A stretch of DNA of 64,000 bases from an uncultured Actinomycetota bacterium (GTDB lineage Bacteria; Actinomycetota; Actinomycetes; Mycobacteriales; Mycobacteriaceae): the NCBI GenBank assembly GCA_963712615.1, contig CAVQIO010000005.1, positions 924-64,923 of the forward strand. Reading direction: 5' to 3'. The notes beneath the pieces are model-generated. The model searched no databases. It saw only the letters and a list, made by a program, of their open reading frames with translations, and was not told the origin of the DNA. Of this stretch, positions 33,946 to 43,558 are shown in pieces; within the stretch, counting starts at the first letter, position 1, and each line of letters opens with the position of its first letter. Made by a program: the position numbers and the translations under genes.

Positions 33946-35468
33946 GTGATCACTTTGGACCGCATGGTGAACGTGCTGGGTAGCTATGGGGTCCGCCTGC
34001 GTTGGTCCTCGGTGCCAAGGTCGACTGAACTGCGCAGCGTAGCGATCCACGAGGCTGCCGGCCGTCGCCCCGTGGTGGGCGATGTATTGCTGGCAATTGG
34101 TGCTGGCTCGCTCAGAGAAGCGGTGCAATGGGCGGCGTCGGCGAGTGCTGTGGTGGTGTTGACGCGCGACGGTGCGGAGCCGACAGCGTTCGACGGTGAC
34201 ACCGGGGCTGGCGCGGTGATGGTGGTCGACGAGACGCTGTCGTGGAGCGAGCTGGCCGCGGTGGTCTACGGGCTGGTACTCGAAGGCCGCGAGACGGAGG
34301 CGGGCCGTGGTCCCACCGATCTGTTCGCGCTGGCGGACAGTCTGGCCGAGGCCATCGGCGGCGCACTAGTCATCCACGATCGACTGTTGCGCGTGCTGGC
34401 GTATTCGAGGCAGCAGCAGCACGCCGACGCTGCGCGGGTGGCGACAATCCTGGAACGACAGACACCGGAACAGCTGCACGCGTTGTTCGAGGCCCGCGGA
34501 GTCTTCGCCCACTTGGCGGTCTCCGACGAACCACTGTTCGTCCCCGCGGAAGCCGAACAAGGCATGAACGGGCGCATGGTGGCGGCGGTGCGCTCGGGAC
34601 GAGAACTCATCGGGTCGGTGTGGGTTGCGTGCTCGGCGCCACTGGAAGGCGCCGCTCTCCACGCCTTGGCCGATGGCACCCATACGGTGGCCCTGCATCT
34701 GCTGCGATCACGAGCCAGCGCCGACCTCGAGCGCCAGATCGAATCCGAATTGGTGATCCGGTTGTTGGAGGGCACCGCTGACGCCGCCACCGTGGCCAGC
34801 AGACTCGGCCTGTCGCACAGCGGGTTGAGGGTGATCGCACTCCAAGCGTTCACCGGCGCAGAACGCGACGCCCCTCTTCTGTTGGCGTTCGAGCGTGCCA
34901 CCACCGGGTTCGGTTGGTCACGTCCGGGCCGCAGCGCCTTGCGGGCAACACCGTATACACCGTGCTTCCCGGCGACGAGGTAGCGACGGCGCGACGCTGG
35001 ATCACCGGTTTGCGGGCAGCCATACCCGAACAGGTCACGGTGTTGGCCGGCATCAGCGGGGCGGCCACGGTGACGGAACTCGCGGCCGCCCGCCACGAGG
35101 CCGACGAGTGCCTGGCGCTACATGAGGTGACGTCTCGGCCCACACCTCCTGCCTACGACGAGTCATGGGATGAAATCCTGCTGCAGCGGTTGCGCACCGC
35201 GTCACGATCAGGTCGGTCCTCAAACCGTGGACCGGTGGCCGAGCTGCGCCGCCACGACCGCGCCAACGAGACCGACTACGTGGCGACATTGCGGGCCTGG
35301 CTGGAGGCCCAGGGCGACCCGGCCGAGGCCGGTCGGTGTTTGGGAGTACACGAAAACACCGTGCGCTACCGGCTACGCAAGATGACCGAGATCACCAGCC
35401 TGCCGTTGGATGACGCCAGAAAGCGGCTGGCCATGATGATTGAACTTGCGGCGACAGACCACGACTAA
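33946..35468 (+). pseudogene. PucR/CdaR-family transcriptional regulator with one frameshift
   Basis: ORFs 33946-34983 and 34914-35468 join near 34905-34916. C-terminal HTH GVHENTVRYRLRKMTEIT. Confidence 0.75.
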
Positions 35469-35588
35469 CCATCGGCGCTGTCGAAAGTCAACAAAGCAGC
35501 ACGCCGCCATTGTCGAATTTCCGCAAAACTTACCGGGCAACCCACGCGAAAATGAAGCCATAGCGACCCGTCGATAGGAAATGGCCCG

Positions 35589-36236
35589 ATGACTACCCCA
35601 CATCCCGCTTTTCAGCGGCCTCCGGATCCGCCGGAGGAGGACAGCGCTTCGGACACCTTCACCGTGCGCTTGCCGCGGTGGCGATTTGCGCGGTTGTTTA
35701 GCCTCAACCCACTAGTACGCATGAGCGATCGGGTCGAGGCACTGGTTGTGGTGCTGGCCATGGCGGTGGCGCTCGCTGCCGTGCCGATCGCGGCCGCCGT
35801 GGGCACTTCGGTGTACGACTCCCGCAGCCGCCTCTACGCCGAGCAGGCCCAGAACAGTCGCGTGGAATCCGCGACAATCACCGACCACAAGGTCATCCAC
35901 CGTGAATCGTTAGGCCCGATGGTCACCGTAATTGGCCAATGGTCGGCTGCCGGAAACGAACATACCGGCCCGGTCTCGGCGCCTCCAGGAGTCAAAACTG
36001 GTGAGTCGATTGACATTTGGGTAGGTAAAGACGGTTCGCATGTCGGCCCGCCACCGAAGACCGCTTACGACGAGGCGGTGGCATTCGCAGCAGTGACCTG
36101 GGTGGGCTTGGCCCTCGCGGCAGGCGCATTGGTCGCCGGTACCCGCGCTGCCCTTAACCGGGCCCGCCACGCGCGATGGGAAGATGACTTGGGCAAGCTC
36201 ACCGGCGACCGCGACGGGCACACCGGCCGGCCTTAA
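35589..36236 (+). CDS. Rv1733c-family two-TM membrane protein
   Basis: FSLNPLVRMSDRVEALVVVLAMAV...YDSRSRLYAEQAQ...GESIDIWV...ALNRARHARWEDDL parallels Mtb Rv1733c as I recall it. Confidence 0.7.
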   Translation: MTTPHPAFQRPPDPPEEDSASDTFTVRLPRWRFARLFSLNPLVRMSDRVEALVVVLAMAVALAAVPIAAAVGTSVYDSRSRLYAEQAQNSRVESATITDHKVIHRESLGPMVTVIGQWSAAGNEHTGPVSAPPGVKTGESIDIWVGKDGSHVGPPPKTAYDEAVAFAAVTWVGLALAAGALVAGTRAALNRARHARWEDDLGKLTGDRDGHTGRP

Positions 36237-36282
36237 AGATCTGCCCGAATCACCCGCTTCAGGCCCCGTAGACTCCGGCGGC

Positions 36283-36927
36283 ATGGCGGATGTTCCGCTC
36301 GACACGCAAGAGCGCCTTGCGCTGTGTGATCTCCTCGACGAGCTCGGTCCGTCCGTTCCCACGCTAATCGAGGGCTGGACTGCTCACGATCTCGCCGCCC
36401 ACATCGTGTTGCGCGAACGCGATCTCGTTGCCGGCCCTTGCCTCGTTCTACCTGCTTCCTTCCAGCGGTTCGCCGAGCGGCGCAGGGCCAGATTGGCCGA
36501 GAGCAAAGAATTCGCGTGGCTCGTCGCGCGGATCCGGTCCGGCCCACCGATCGGGTTCTTCCGCATTGGATGGGTCCGCTCAGTCCCGAATCTCAACGAG
36601 TTCTTTGTTCACCACGAGGATGTTCGCCGCGCGAATAGGCATGGGCCCCGGAGCCTTACGCCTGCAATGGATGCTGCCTTGTGGCGAAACGTTCGGGGCG
36701 GCGGCCACTACCTGAGTCGCCGACTCAAGGCTTGCGGGCTCGAGATTGAGTGGGCCGGAACCGACGAGCGGGTGACGGTGCGACCAGGCCGGCCGACGGC
36801 TCGACTCAGCGGTGCGCCGGGCGAGCTCCTGCTCTACGTTTTTGGGCGCCAGGACGCAGCGCGGGTCGAGGTGAGCGGACCACCGGAGGCCGATGCGGCG
36901 GTGCGTCGCACACACTTCGGCATGTGA
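36283..36927 (+). CDS. DinB/mycothiol-maleylpyruvate-isomerase N-terminal-domain protein (TIGR03085-like)
   Basis: ERLALCDLLDELGP...GWTAHDLAAHIVLRE...FFVHHEDVRRAN is typical of this actinobacterial family. Confidence 0.7.
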   Translation: MADVPLDTQERLALCDLLDELGPSVPTLIEGWTAHDLAAHIVLRERDLVAGPCLVLPASFQRFAERRRARLAESKEFAWLVARIRSGPPIGFFRIGWVRSVPNLNEFFVHHEDVRRANRHGPRSLTPAMDAALWRNVRGGGHYLSRRLKACGLEIEWAGTDERVTVRPGRPTARLSGAPGELLLYVFGRQDAARVEVSGPPEADAAVRRTHFGM

Positions 36928-37037
36928 GTCCTTCGCTGGCTTGGCTCTGAAGGCGTTGTCGGAAGCCGACAAGAGCCCACTGCGGCATTGTCCGGTGAGG
37001 GCAAGCGGTCAGGCAGTCCCCCACGGCACCATGGGAA

Positions 37038-38336
37038 TTGATAACTAAAGCTCAGCTACGGAGGTATGTGATGGTCGGCATCGAGAAGATTGACGGCGGA
37101 CCGCGGTCGGTGATCGTGGTCGGTGCCGGCATCGTCGGATTGTCGACGGCGTGGTTCCTACAGGAACGCGGAGTCGACGTCACGGTGGTGGACCGCACCG
37201 GCGTGGCCGCCGGCGCCTCCTGGGGCAACGGCGGGTTGATCGCCCCAGGGCTGACCCTCCCGCTGAACTCCCCGGCGGTGCTGCGCCATGCGCTTCGCTC
37301 CGGGTGGGATCCGACCGCCCCCTTGCACATCCCGTTGATCGCCGACGCGGGACTCCGGGCCTTCCTGATTCAGTTCGCCGCCAACTGCCGGCGATCGTCG
37401 TGGAAGCGGGCGATGCGGGCCAATGTAGCCCTGAACGAGGAATGCCTCGAAGCCTTCGACGTGCTCGCCGCCAACGGGGTCGATGTGCCGATCACCGACG
37501 CACCGATCACCGCGGTGTTTCGTACCACCGAGGAGACGGAACGCATGCTGACGGAGCTACGCGAGCTCGAAAAGGCCGGCCAGACAATGCATGTCACCGC
37601 GTTGTCCGGCGAGGCGCTACGCGAACAAGTACCCCTGGCCTCGCCGGCGGTCACCGCCGGGCTGAACATCAACGCGCAGCGCTTCGTCGACCCGCAACGA
37701 TTCGTGGAGGCCCTGGGCCGCTCAGTGGTGGTCCGCGGGGCAACGATCCACAGGCTGGAAATCCGCGACATACTCACCTCGGGCAGCGGCGTTGCGGTGT
37801 ACCCGCGCAACGGAAAACCGCTCACCGCGGACGCCGCGGTGAGCGCCACCGGCGCACGGTTATCGCGGCTGGCGGACCGCTGGCTGCGCGTCCCGGTGCA
37901 GGCCGGTCACGGCTACTCGTTTACCGTGCCCGTGGACCGCCCGATACCTACCCCCATCTACCTGCCGGACGCGCGGGTGGCGTGCACGCCCTACAAGGGC
38001 GCAATCCGTGTTTCAGGCACCATGGAATTCCGCCACCTCCCTGAGCGGGTCATACCAGAGCGGGTGGAGACCATCGTCGCCTCGGCCGGTCCCTTGTTGG
38101 ACGGGGCGCGCTGGGCCGAGCGCAGCAACGTGTGGGTTGGCGCCTACCCGGTCACCCCCGATGGCCGTGCCCTGATCGGCGAAGTATCACCGGGCGTCTA
38201 CGTGGCGGGCGGACACGGCATGTGGGGATTGGCGCACGGCCCAATCACCGGGCGGCTGTTGGCCGAACAGATCACGACCGGCAAGCAACCCCAAGCCCTG
38301 CGCGAGTTCGATCCGCTGCGCAGGAGCGGCCGCTAG
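37038..38336 (+). CDS. FAD-dependent oxidoreductase (D-amino-acid dehydrogenase/DadA-like)
   Basis: VIVVGAGIVGLSTAWFLQERG dinucleotide fold; C-terminal GGHGMWGLAHGPITGRLLAE. The start could instead be 37071. Confidence 0.8.
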   Translation: MITKAQLRRYVMVGIEKIDGGPRSVIVVGAGIVGLSTAWFLQERGVDVTVVDRTGVAAGASWGNGGLIAPGLTLPLNSPAVLRHALRSGWDPTAPLHIPLIADAGLRAFLIQFAANCRRSSWKRAMRANVALNEECLEAFDVLAANGVDVPITDAPITAVFRTTEETERMLTELRELEKAGQTMHVTALSGEALREQVPLASPAVTAGLNINAQRFVDPQRFVEALGRSVVVRGATIHRLEIRDILTSGSGVAVYPRNGKPLTADAAVSATGARLSRLADRWLRVPVQAGHGYSFTVPVDRPIPTPIYLPDARVACTPYKGAIRVSGTMEFRHLPERVIPERVETIVASAGPLLDGARWAERSNVWVGAYPVTPDGRALIGEVSPGVYVAGGHGMWGLAHGPITGRLLAEQITTGKQPQALREFDPLRRSGR

Positions 38337-38397
38337 CGCTCCCGATAGCCGCGAATCCAAAGCGCGGCGAACTCTCGCCCACCACGGGCTCCGCGTT

Positions 38398-38434
38398 GCC
38401 AGGGGCGGTTGCTGTGCTCCGGTCCGCCCCTGGC
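38398..38434 (+). other. Perfect 11-bp-stem hairpin between the DadA-like and GreA-like genes
   Basis: gccaggggcgg (38398-38408) pairs with ccgcccctggc (38424-38434) around a 15-nt loop. There is no U-tract. Confidence 0.6.
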
Positions 38435-38464
38435 GACACCCTCATCGACACGAAAGGCATCAAA

Positions 38465-39079
38465 ATGACTAACACGCAACGTATCTGGATGACACGACAG
38501 GAATACGCTCGACTGCACAATGAACTTGCCGCGCTGCGCTCGCGGCGCAGTATCGAAGTTCCCGACGACTTCATGGATTACGACGCGAATCTCACCGCGG
38601 GCTACTCAGCGCGACGAGCACGCATCCGCGAGATTCAGGATCTGCTGACCAACGTAGTCGTGAGTGAGGACGCCGTCGGCGGCGGCATCGCCGAACCGGG
38701 CATGGTTCTTACCATCCGCTACGACGCCACCGGTGAGACCGAAACCTTCCTGCTCGGTCGGCGTTTCGGCGAGGGCGCCGATGTCACGGTCTACTCGACG
38801 CTGTCGCCGCTGGGCCACGCGATCGCGGGCGCACGTCCTGGCGACCAGCGCATCTACTCCATCCCCAATGAAACGCGCCCCCTGCTCGTGACACTCCTAG
38901 AGGCCGTGCCCTCCGGAATACACGTTGCGAAAAGCCCTGGGCCGCAGTCTCCCCAGCGCGACGCAACGGTGACCGCCGGGTACCAAAGACCACAACAACA
39001 GACAGCGGCCGGAATGAAACGCGCGCCTACGACAAGCGTCGCGCCGCGGCGGGTCGTGACGACCGCGGGCGCATCATGA
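38465..39079 (+). CDS. GreA/Rnk-like transcription factor paralogue 1 with a basic/Gln-rich tail
   Basis: N-terminal coiled coil MTNTQRIWMTRQEYARLHNELAAL; C-terminal Gre domain GIAEPGMVLTIRYDATGETETFLLG...LSPLGHAIAGARPGD. Confidence 0.75.
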   Translation: MTNTQRIWMTRQEYARLHNELAALRSRRSIEVPDDFMDYDANLTAGYSARRARIREIQDLLTNVVVSEDAVGGGIAEPGMVLTIRYDATGETETFLLGRRFGEGADVTVYSTLSPLGHAIAGARPGDQRIYSIPNETRPLLVTLLEAVPSGIHVAKSPGPQSPQRDATVTAGYQRPQQQTAAGMKRAPTTSVAPRRVVTTAGAS

Positions 39080-39090
39080 AAGGCACAGAC

Positions 39091-39573
39091 ATGAACAGCG
39101 CGCAACGCGTGTGGATCTCGCCGCAAGCCTACGAGCGGCTACAAAGGGAGTTGGCCACGCTTCGTGAGTTGTGTACCGCCGCAGCCGCCGGCGATACCGA
39201 CGAAAACAGTTACGCTCTCCAACAATGGTGGCAGGCGCGGATTCAACAGATTCATGATCTGTTGCTCAATGCCGTGGTTGGCGAGGACCCACCCGACGAC
39301 GGGATCGCCGAACCCGGAATGGTTTTGACCATCCGCTACGACGACACCGGGGACATCGAAACCTTCCTACTGGGTGTGCGCGGCGCCGAATACGGCGACA
39401 TAGAGGTCTACTCCATCCAATCCCCGCTGGGCGCCGCGATTGCAGGCGCACGCCCCGGCGAACGACGGACCTACTTGCTGCCCAGTGGCGCCGCACTCAC
39501 GGTCACGCTCCTCGACGCCGTGCCCCATGGCATTCACGCGCGGGCGCGGCGACGCAGGGGGGCGATCGCATGA
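39091..39573 (+). CDS. GreA/Rnk-like transcription factor paralogue 2 (alternative start 39076 overlapping the upstream stop)
   Basis: MNSAQRVWISPQAYERLQRELATL...GIAEPGMVLTIRYDDTGDIETFLLG...QSPLGAAIAGARPGE is collinear with paralogue 1. Confidence 0.75.
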   Translation: MNSAQRVWISPQAYERLQRELATLRELCTAAAAGDTDENSYALQQWWQARIQQIHDLLLNAVVGEDPPDDGIAEPGMVLTIRYDDTGDIETFLLGVRGAEYGDIEVYSIQSPLGAAIAGARPGERRTYLLPSGAALTVTLLDAVPHGIHARARRRRGAIA

Positions 39574-39662
39574 TGTATGACCTCATCGACCCGGTCGCGA
39601 TGATATTTCTCCTGGTTGCGGTGTTGGGCCTCTTCGTCGCCGTCGCATATGGGCGAAAATAA
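39570..39662 (+). CDS. 30-aa hydrophobic micropeptide ORF (below the ORF-track cutoff)
   Basis: MMYDLIDPVAMIFLLVAVLGLFVAVAYGRK. Its ATG overlaps the GreA-like stop (ATGA). One predicted TM helix. Uses rare A/T-ending codons. Confidence 0.35.
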   Translation: MMYDLIDPVAMIFLLVAVLGLFVAVAYGRK

Positions 39663-39679
39663 GCACCTATGACCGCAAA

Positions 39680-39852
39680 TTAGTCGATGCCGCCGCTCCG
39701 GCGAACCCGCCAGTCCTTTGATGGTCGCGACGCGCTGCGCCCGGCTCCGCCTCTTCCCCACCGTGATCAAAGGCACTCACGTCGAGCTCGACGACGTTCG
39801 ATATGCCGGTATCCGCCGCCCCGGCGAACCCGCCGGTCGTATAACCGTCTAG
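39680..39852 (+). pseudogene. Relic of the 3' end of a dagK-like lipid kinase gene
   Basis: 39748-39798 translate to RLFPTVIKGTHVELDDV, against DagK RLFPTVLKGTHVERDEV (28160-28210): 14/17 aa and 40/51 nt identical, with differences mostly at third positions. The relic's stop TAG is at 39850-39852. Confidence 0.75.
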
Positions 39853-40361
39853 CCGACACCCCGGTTGAGCCAGGTCAATTCGCCGGCGTCGCCACCGTCG
39901 CGATACACCTCGAGCGCCTCGTCCCACGCCGTTCCCAGCACGGAGTCCATCTCGGCGGCCAGCGTGTCGACACCTTGCGCCATCATCGACCGCAGCCGCA
40001 TCTCGCCGACCATGATGTCGCCGTTGGCACTCATCGCCCCGCTCCACAAGCCCAGTTGCGGGGTGTGGCTGAATCGGAAACCGTCGACTCCGGGGCTCGG
40101 ATCCTCAGTGACCTCGAACCGCAGCACCGACCAGGACCGCAGCGCGTTGGCCAACCGGGCACCGGTACCCACCGGACCGCACCAGTTCGTGACGGCACGC
40201 AGCTGCCCGGGCATCGCCGGCTGCGGTGTCCAGACCAGGTTGGCCTTGGACTGCAGGGTCGACGACAACGCCCACTCGACATGCGGGCATACCGCCGCGG
40301 GCGAGGCGTGGACATACACCACACCAGCCGTGCCGTCGGCGAATTGATTCGTCGCACGCAT
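39849..40361 (-). CDS. DUF3145-family protein (Rv2256c-like)
   Basis: 170 aa from MRATNQFADGTAGVVYVHASPAAVCPHVEWAL...; position relative to the Rv2257c-Rv2260 orthologues matches Mtb. Confidence 0.75.
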   Translation of the reverse strand: MRATNQFADGTAGVVYVHASPAAVCPHVEWALSSTLQSKANLVWTPQPAMPGQLRAVTNWCGPVGTGARLANALRSWSVLRFEVTEDPSPGVDGFRFSHTPQLGLWSGAMSANGDIMVGEMRLRSMMAQGVDTLAAEMDSVLGTAWDEALEVYRDGGDAGELTWLNRGVG

Positions 40362-40508
40362 ATTGTTGCTCCTTCGGTTCCACGAGGGACGTCTTCCCCA
40401 ACGACCTGGTGAACCCGACGAGCGGCATGCTCGCATCAAATTTTGTGTCTTGCGTGTCTATTGTGCCCTGTGATGCCTATGTTGCGCTAGTGTGCATTTT
40501 CCTTAAAA

Positions 40509-41321
40509 TTACTCACCGAGCACTCGGTCCGAGACTTCCGGCCACCGATCCAGCGCCCAGTCGCCGAAATCGCGGTCCGTCAGCACGACAAAGGCCAGCT
40601 CAGCGACGGGATCTACCCAGATAAAGCCCCCCGCTTGGCCAAAATGCCCGAACGTGCGCGCCGAGTTGCGCGCCCCCGTCCAGTGCGGCGATTTGGAATC
40701 CCGGATCTCGAAGCCCAGCCCCCAGTCGTTGGGCCGCTGCACGCCGTAGCCGGGTAGCACCCCGTCCAGCCCGGCGAACTGCACGGTCGTCGCGTCGTCA
40801 TGCATCTGCCCCGAGACCAGCGCCGGACGCAGCAACTCGCCGGCGAACGCCGCCAGGTCGCTCACCGTGGAGGTGCCGCCGTAACCTGCCGTCGAAGCGC
40901 CGCCGTCCAGCTGAGTCGAGGCCATCCGCAACGGCTCACACACCGCCTCGCTGAGATAGCGGGCGAACTCGATGCCCGACTCCCGCTCCACGGTCTCGGC
41001 CAGCACGGCGAAGCCGTAGTTGGAATACATCCGCCGGGCGCCGGGCTCGGCCAGCACCCAATCGGAGTGCATCGCCAGACCCGAGGCGTGCGCCAGCAGG
41101 TGACGGACCGTGGATCCGGGCGGGCCGGCCGGGGTGTCCAGATCGACGACGCCCTCTTCGATGGCGACCTGCGCGGCCCGGGCCACCAACGGCTTGGTGA
41201 CCGACGCCAATGCGAACACCCGCTCGGTGTCGCCGTGGGTGGCCAGCATCCCGGCGGGTCCGACCACCGCGGCGGCGGCAGCCGGGACCGGCCAGTCATC
41301 GAGAGCGTCGAGAGCGGCCAT
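40509..41321 (-). CDS. Serine hydrolase / beta-lactamase-family protein (Rv2257c-like)
   Basis: SxxK motif ALASVTKPLVA, plus YSNYGF. Start MAALDAL inferred. Confidence 0.8.
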   Translation of the reverse strand: MAALDALDDWPVPAAAAAVVGPAGMLATHGDTERVFALASVTKPLVARAAQVAIEEGVVDLDTPAGPPGSTVRHLLAHASGLAMHSDWVLAEPGARRMYSNYGFAVLAETVERESGIEFARYLSEAVCEPLRMASTQLDGGASTAGYGGTSTVSDLAAFAGELLRPALVSGQMHDDATTVQFAGLDGVLPGYGVQRPNDWGLGFEIRDSKSPHWTGARNSARTFGHFGQAGGFIWVDPVAELAFVVLTDRDFGDWALDRWPEVSDRVLGE

Positions 41322-41334
41322 CAGGTCGGGCGCG

Positions 41335-42390
41335 TCACTTCGTGGCGATGTAGTAGTTGTTGATCGGGTCCGACTCGATCTCTGCCACGCGCACGTCGGC
41401 AAACCCGGCGTCGACGAGCATCGAGGTGGCCAGCTGATGTCCCCACACCGCGCCCAGTCCGGCGCCGTCGAACGCCAGCGACACCGTCATGCAGTGCATC
41501 AGCGACGTCGTGTAGAGGTAGGTGCTCATCGGTGCGTCGACGTTGTCTTCGAGTCGGCTCGACGCCTTGATGTCGGCCATCAGCAAGACACCGCCGGGCC
41601 GCAGCGCGCGACGCATGTTTTCCAGCACCCGGGCCGGCTGGGCCTGATCGTGAATGGCGTCGAACACGGTGATCACGTCGTAGCTGTCGGTCTTGTCCAA
41701 CGCGGTCAGGTTGTGGCTTTCGAAGGTCGCGTTCGTCAGGCCGAGGCGTGCCGCCTCCTGGACGCCCGTGGCGATGGCCTCGTCGGAGAAGTCGATGCCG
41801 GTGAACCGGCTCGCCGGGAAGGCCTGCGCCATCACGTTGATCGCGTGACCGCTGCCGCAGCCGACATCGGCGACGTCCACGCCCGATCGCAGGCGTTGGG
41901 GAAGGCCGTCGACCAACGGCAGCACGACGTCGACGAGCGCGGCGTCGAACACCGCGCCACTCTCCTCGGCCATCAGTGTGTGGAAGCGCGGAAATTCGCT
42001 GTAGGGCAGCCCGCCGCCGGCTCGGAAGCAGCCGATGATTTTCTGCTCGACCTCGCCCAGCAACGGAACGAACTGGGCCACCACCCCGAGGTTGTGCGGA
42101 CCCGCCGCACGGGTCAGCACAGCGGCGCGGTGAGCGGGCAACACGTAGGTTCCGGTGTCGGCGTCGTAGTCGACGATGTGCCCGGTGGTCATGCCGCCCA
42201 GCCACTCCCGGACGTAGCGCTCGTTGAGGCCCGCGGCCTCGGCGATCTGCACGCTGGTTGCCGCCCCGCGTTCGGCCATCGTGTCCAGCAGGCCGGTCTG
42301 GTGCCCGATGCTCACCAGGATCACCAGGCTGGCGCCGTCGAGGGTCGCGACCATTCGTTCGGCGAATTGTTCGGCAGTCTCCAAAGCCAT
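41335..42390 (-). CDS. SAM-dependent methyltransferase with N-terminal winged-helix domain (Rv2258c-like)
   Basis: Motif [14 protein letters not shown]; start MALETAEQF gives 351 aa. Confidence 0.85.
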   Translation of the reverse strand: MALETAEQFAERMVATLDGASLVILVSIGHQTGLLDTMAERGAATSVQIAEAAGLNERYVREWLGGMTTGHIVDYDADTGTYVLPAHRAAVLTRAAGPHNLGVVAQFVPLLGEVEQKIIGCFRAGGGLPYSEFPRFHTLMAEESGAVFDAALVDVVLPLVDGLPQRLRSGVDVADVGCGSGHAINVMAQAFPASRFTGIDFSDEAIATGVQEAARLGLTNATFESHNLTALDKTDSYDVITVFDAIHDQAQPARVLENMRRALRPGGVLLMADIKASSRLEDNVDAPMSTYLYTTSLMHCMTVSLAFDGAGLGAVWGHQLATSMLVDAGFADVRVAEIESDPINNYYIATK

Positions 42391-42472
42391 CACGCCCACG
42401 GACGCTACACGCCGGCCCGTGGGTGGACGGGCCAGCAACTGATGTATGGCGGCGAACAGTAGGTTAGAACCC

Positions 42473-43558
42473 ATGAGTCAGACAGTGCGCGGAGTGATTT
42501 CACGCAAGAAGGGTCAGCCCGTCGAGCTGGTGGACATCGTCGTCCCGGACCCCGGCCCCGGAGAGGCACTGGTCGATGTCATCGCCTGCGGGGTGTGCCA
42601 TACCGACCTGACCTACCGCGAGGGTGGCATCAATGACGAGTATCCGTTCCTGCTCGGCCACGAGGCCGCCGGCACGGTCGAAGCGGTCGGGCCGGGCGTC
42701 ACCGCGGTTCAGCCGGGCGACTTCGTGATCCTGAACTGGCGCGCGGTCTGCGGCCAGTGCCGGGCATGCAAACGCGGCAAGCCGAGCTACTGCTTCGACA
42801 CGTTCAATGCCACCCAGGAAATGACGCTGACCGACGGCACCGAGCTCACGCCCGCGCTGGGCATTGGGGCGTTCGCCGACAAGACGCTGGTGGCCGCCGG
42901 CCAATGCACCAAGGTCAACCCCGAGGCCGACCCCGCGGTCGCCGGGTTGCTGGGCTGCGGCGTGATGGCCGGTATCGGCGCCGCGATCAACACCGGCGCT
43001 ATCGACCGTAACGACACCGTCGCGGTGATCGGCTGCGGCGGCGTCGGGGATGCCGCGATCGCGGGGGCCGCGCTGGTCGGCGCCAGGCAGATCATCGCCG
43101 TCGACACCGACAACACCAAACTGGACTGGGCCCGCAAGTTCGGTGCCACCCATACCCTTAACGCCCGCGAGTTCGATGTCGTCGAAACCATCCAGGACCT
43201 CACCGGGGGCTTCGGCGTCGACGTGGTGATCGACGCGGTCGGCCGCCCCGAAACGTGGAAGCAGGCCTTCTACGCCCGCGACCTCGCCGGAACCGTGGTG
43301 CTGGTCGGTGTGCCGACACCGGATATGCGCCTGGACATGCCGCTGGTCGACTTCTTCTCCCGCGGCGGGTCGCTGAAGTCGTCGTGGTACGGCGACTGCC
43401 TGCCCGAACGCGACTTCCCCACCCTGATCGATCTGTATCTGCAGGGCCGGCTGCCGCTGGAGAAGTTTGTCTCGGAGCGAATCGGGTTAGACGCCATCGA
43501 GGAGGCGTTCGAGAAGATGCATGACGGTGCGGTGCTGCGCTCGGTGGTGGTGATGTAG
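42473..43558 (+). CDS. mscR: Mycothiol-dependent formaldehyde dehydrogenase / S-nitrosomycothiol reductase (Zn-ADH class III)
   Basis: 361 aa with [16 protein letters not shown] and the structural-zinc motif [15 protein letters not shown]. Collinear with Rv2259. Confidence 0.9.
   Translation: MSQTVRGVISRKKGQPVELVDIVVPDPGPGEALVDVIACGVCHTDLTYREGGINDEYPFLLGHEAAGTVEAVGPGVTAVQPGDFVILNWRAVCGQCRACKRGKPSYCFDTFNATQEMTLTDGTELTPALGIGAFADKTLVAAGQCTKVNPEADPAVAGLLGCGVMAGIGAAINTGAIDRNDTVAVIGCGGVGDAAIAGAALVGARQIIAVDTDNTKLDWARKFGATHTLNAREFDVVETIQDLTGGFGVDVVIDAVGRPETWKQAFYARDLAGTVVLVGVPTPDMRLDMPLVDFFSRGGSLKSSWYGDCLPERDFPTLIDLYLQGRLPLEKFVSERIGLDAIEEAFEKMHDGAVLRSVVVM

Noticed and set aside
35469-35588. DosR box upstream of the Rv1733c-like gene
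   Set aside because: Rv1733c is DosR-regulated in Mtb, but I could not find anything resembling the GGGAC-N-GTCCC palindrome in this spacer.
39570-39662. KdpF identity for the 30-aa peptide
   Set aside because: The size and hydrophobicity are similar, but it lacks the C-terminal P-E-x-F-type ending I recall for KdpF, and no kdp genes are nearby.
39687-40412. 241-aa plus-strand ORF
   Set aside because: It is antisense to the well-supported DUF3145 gene and Arg-rich. Only its first ~150 nt overlap the dagK relic, which is in a different frame.
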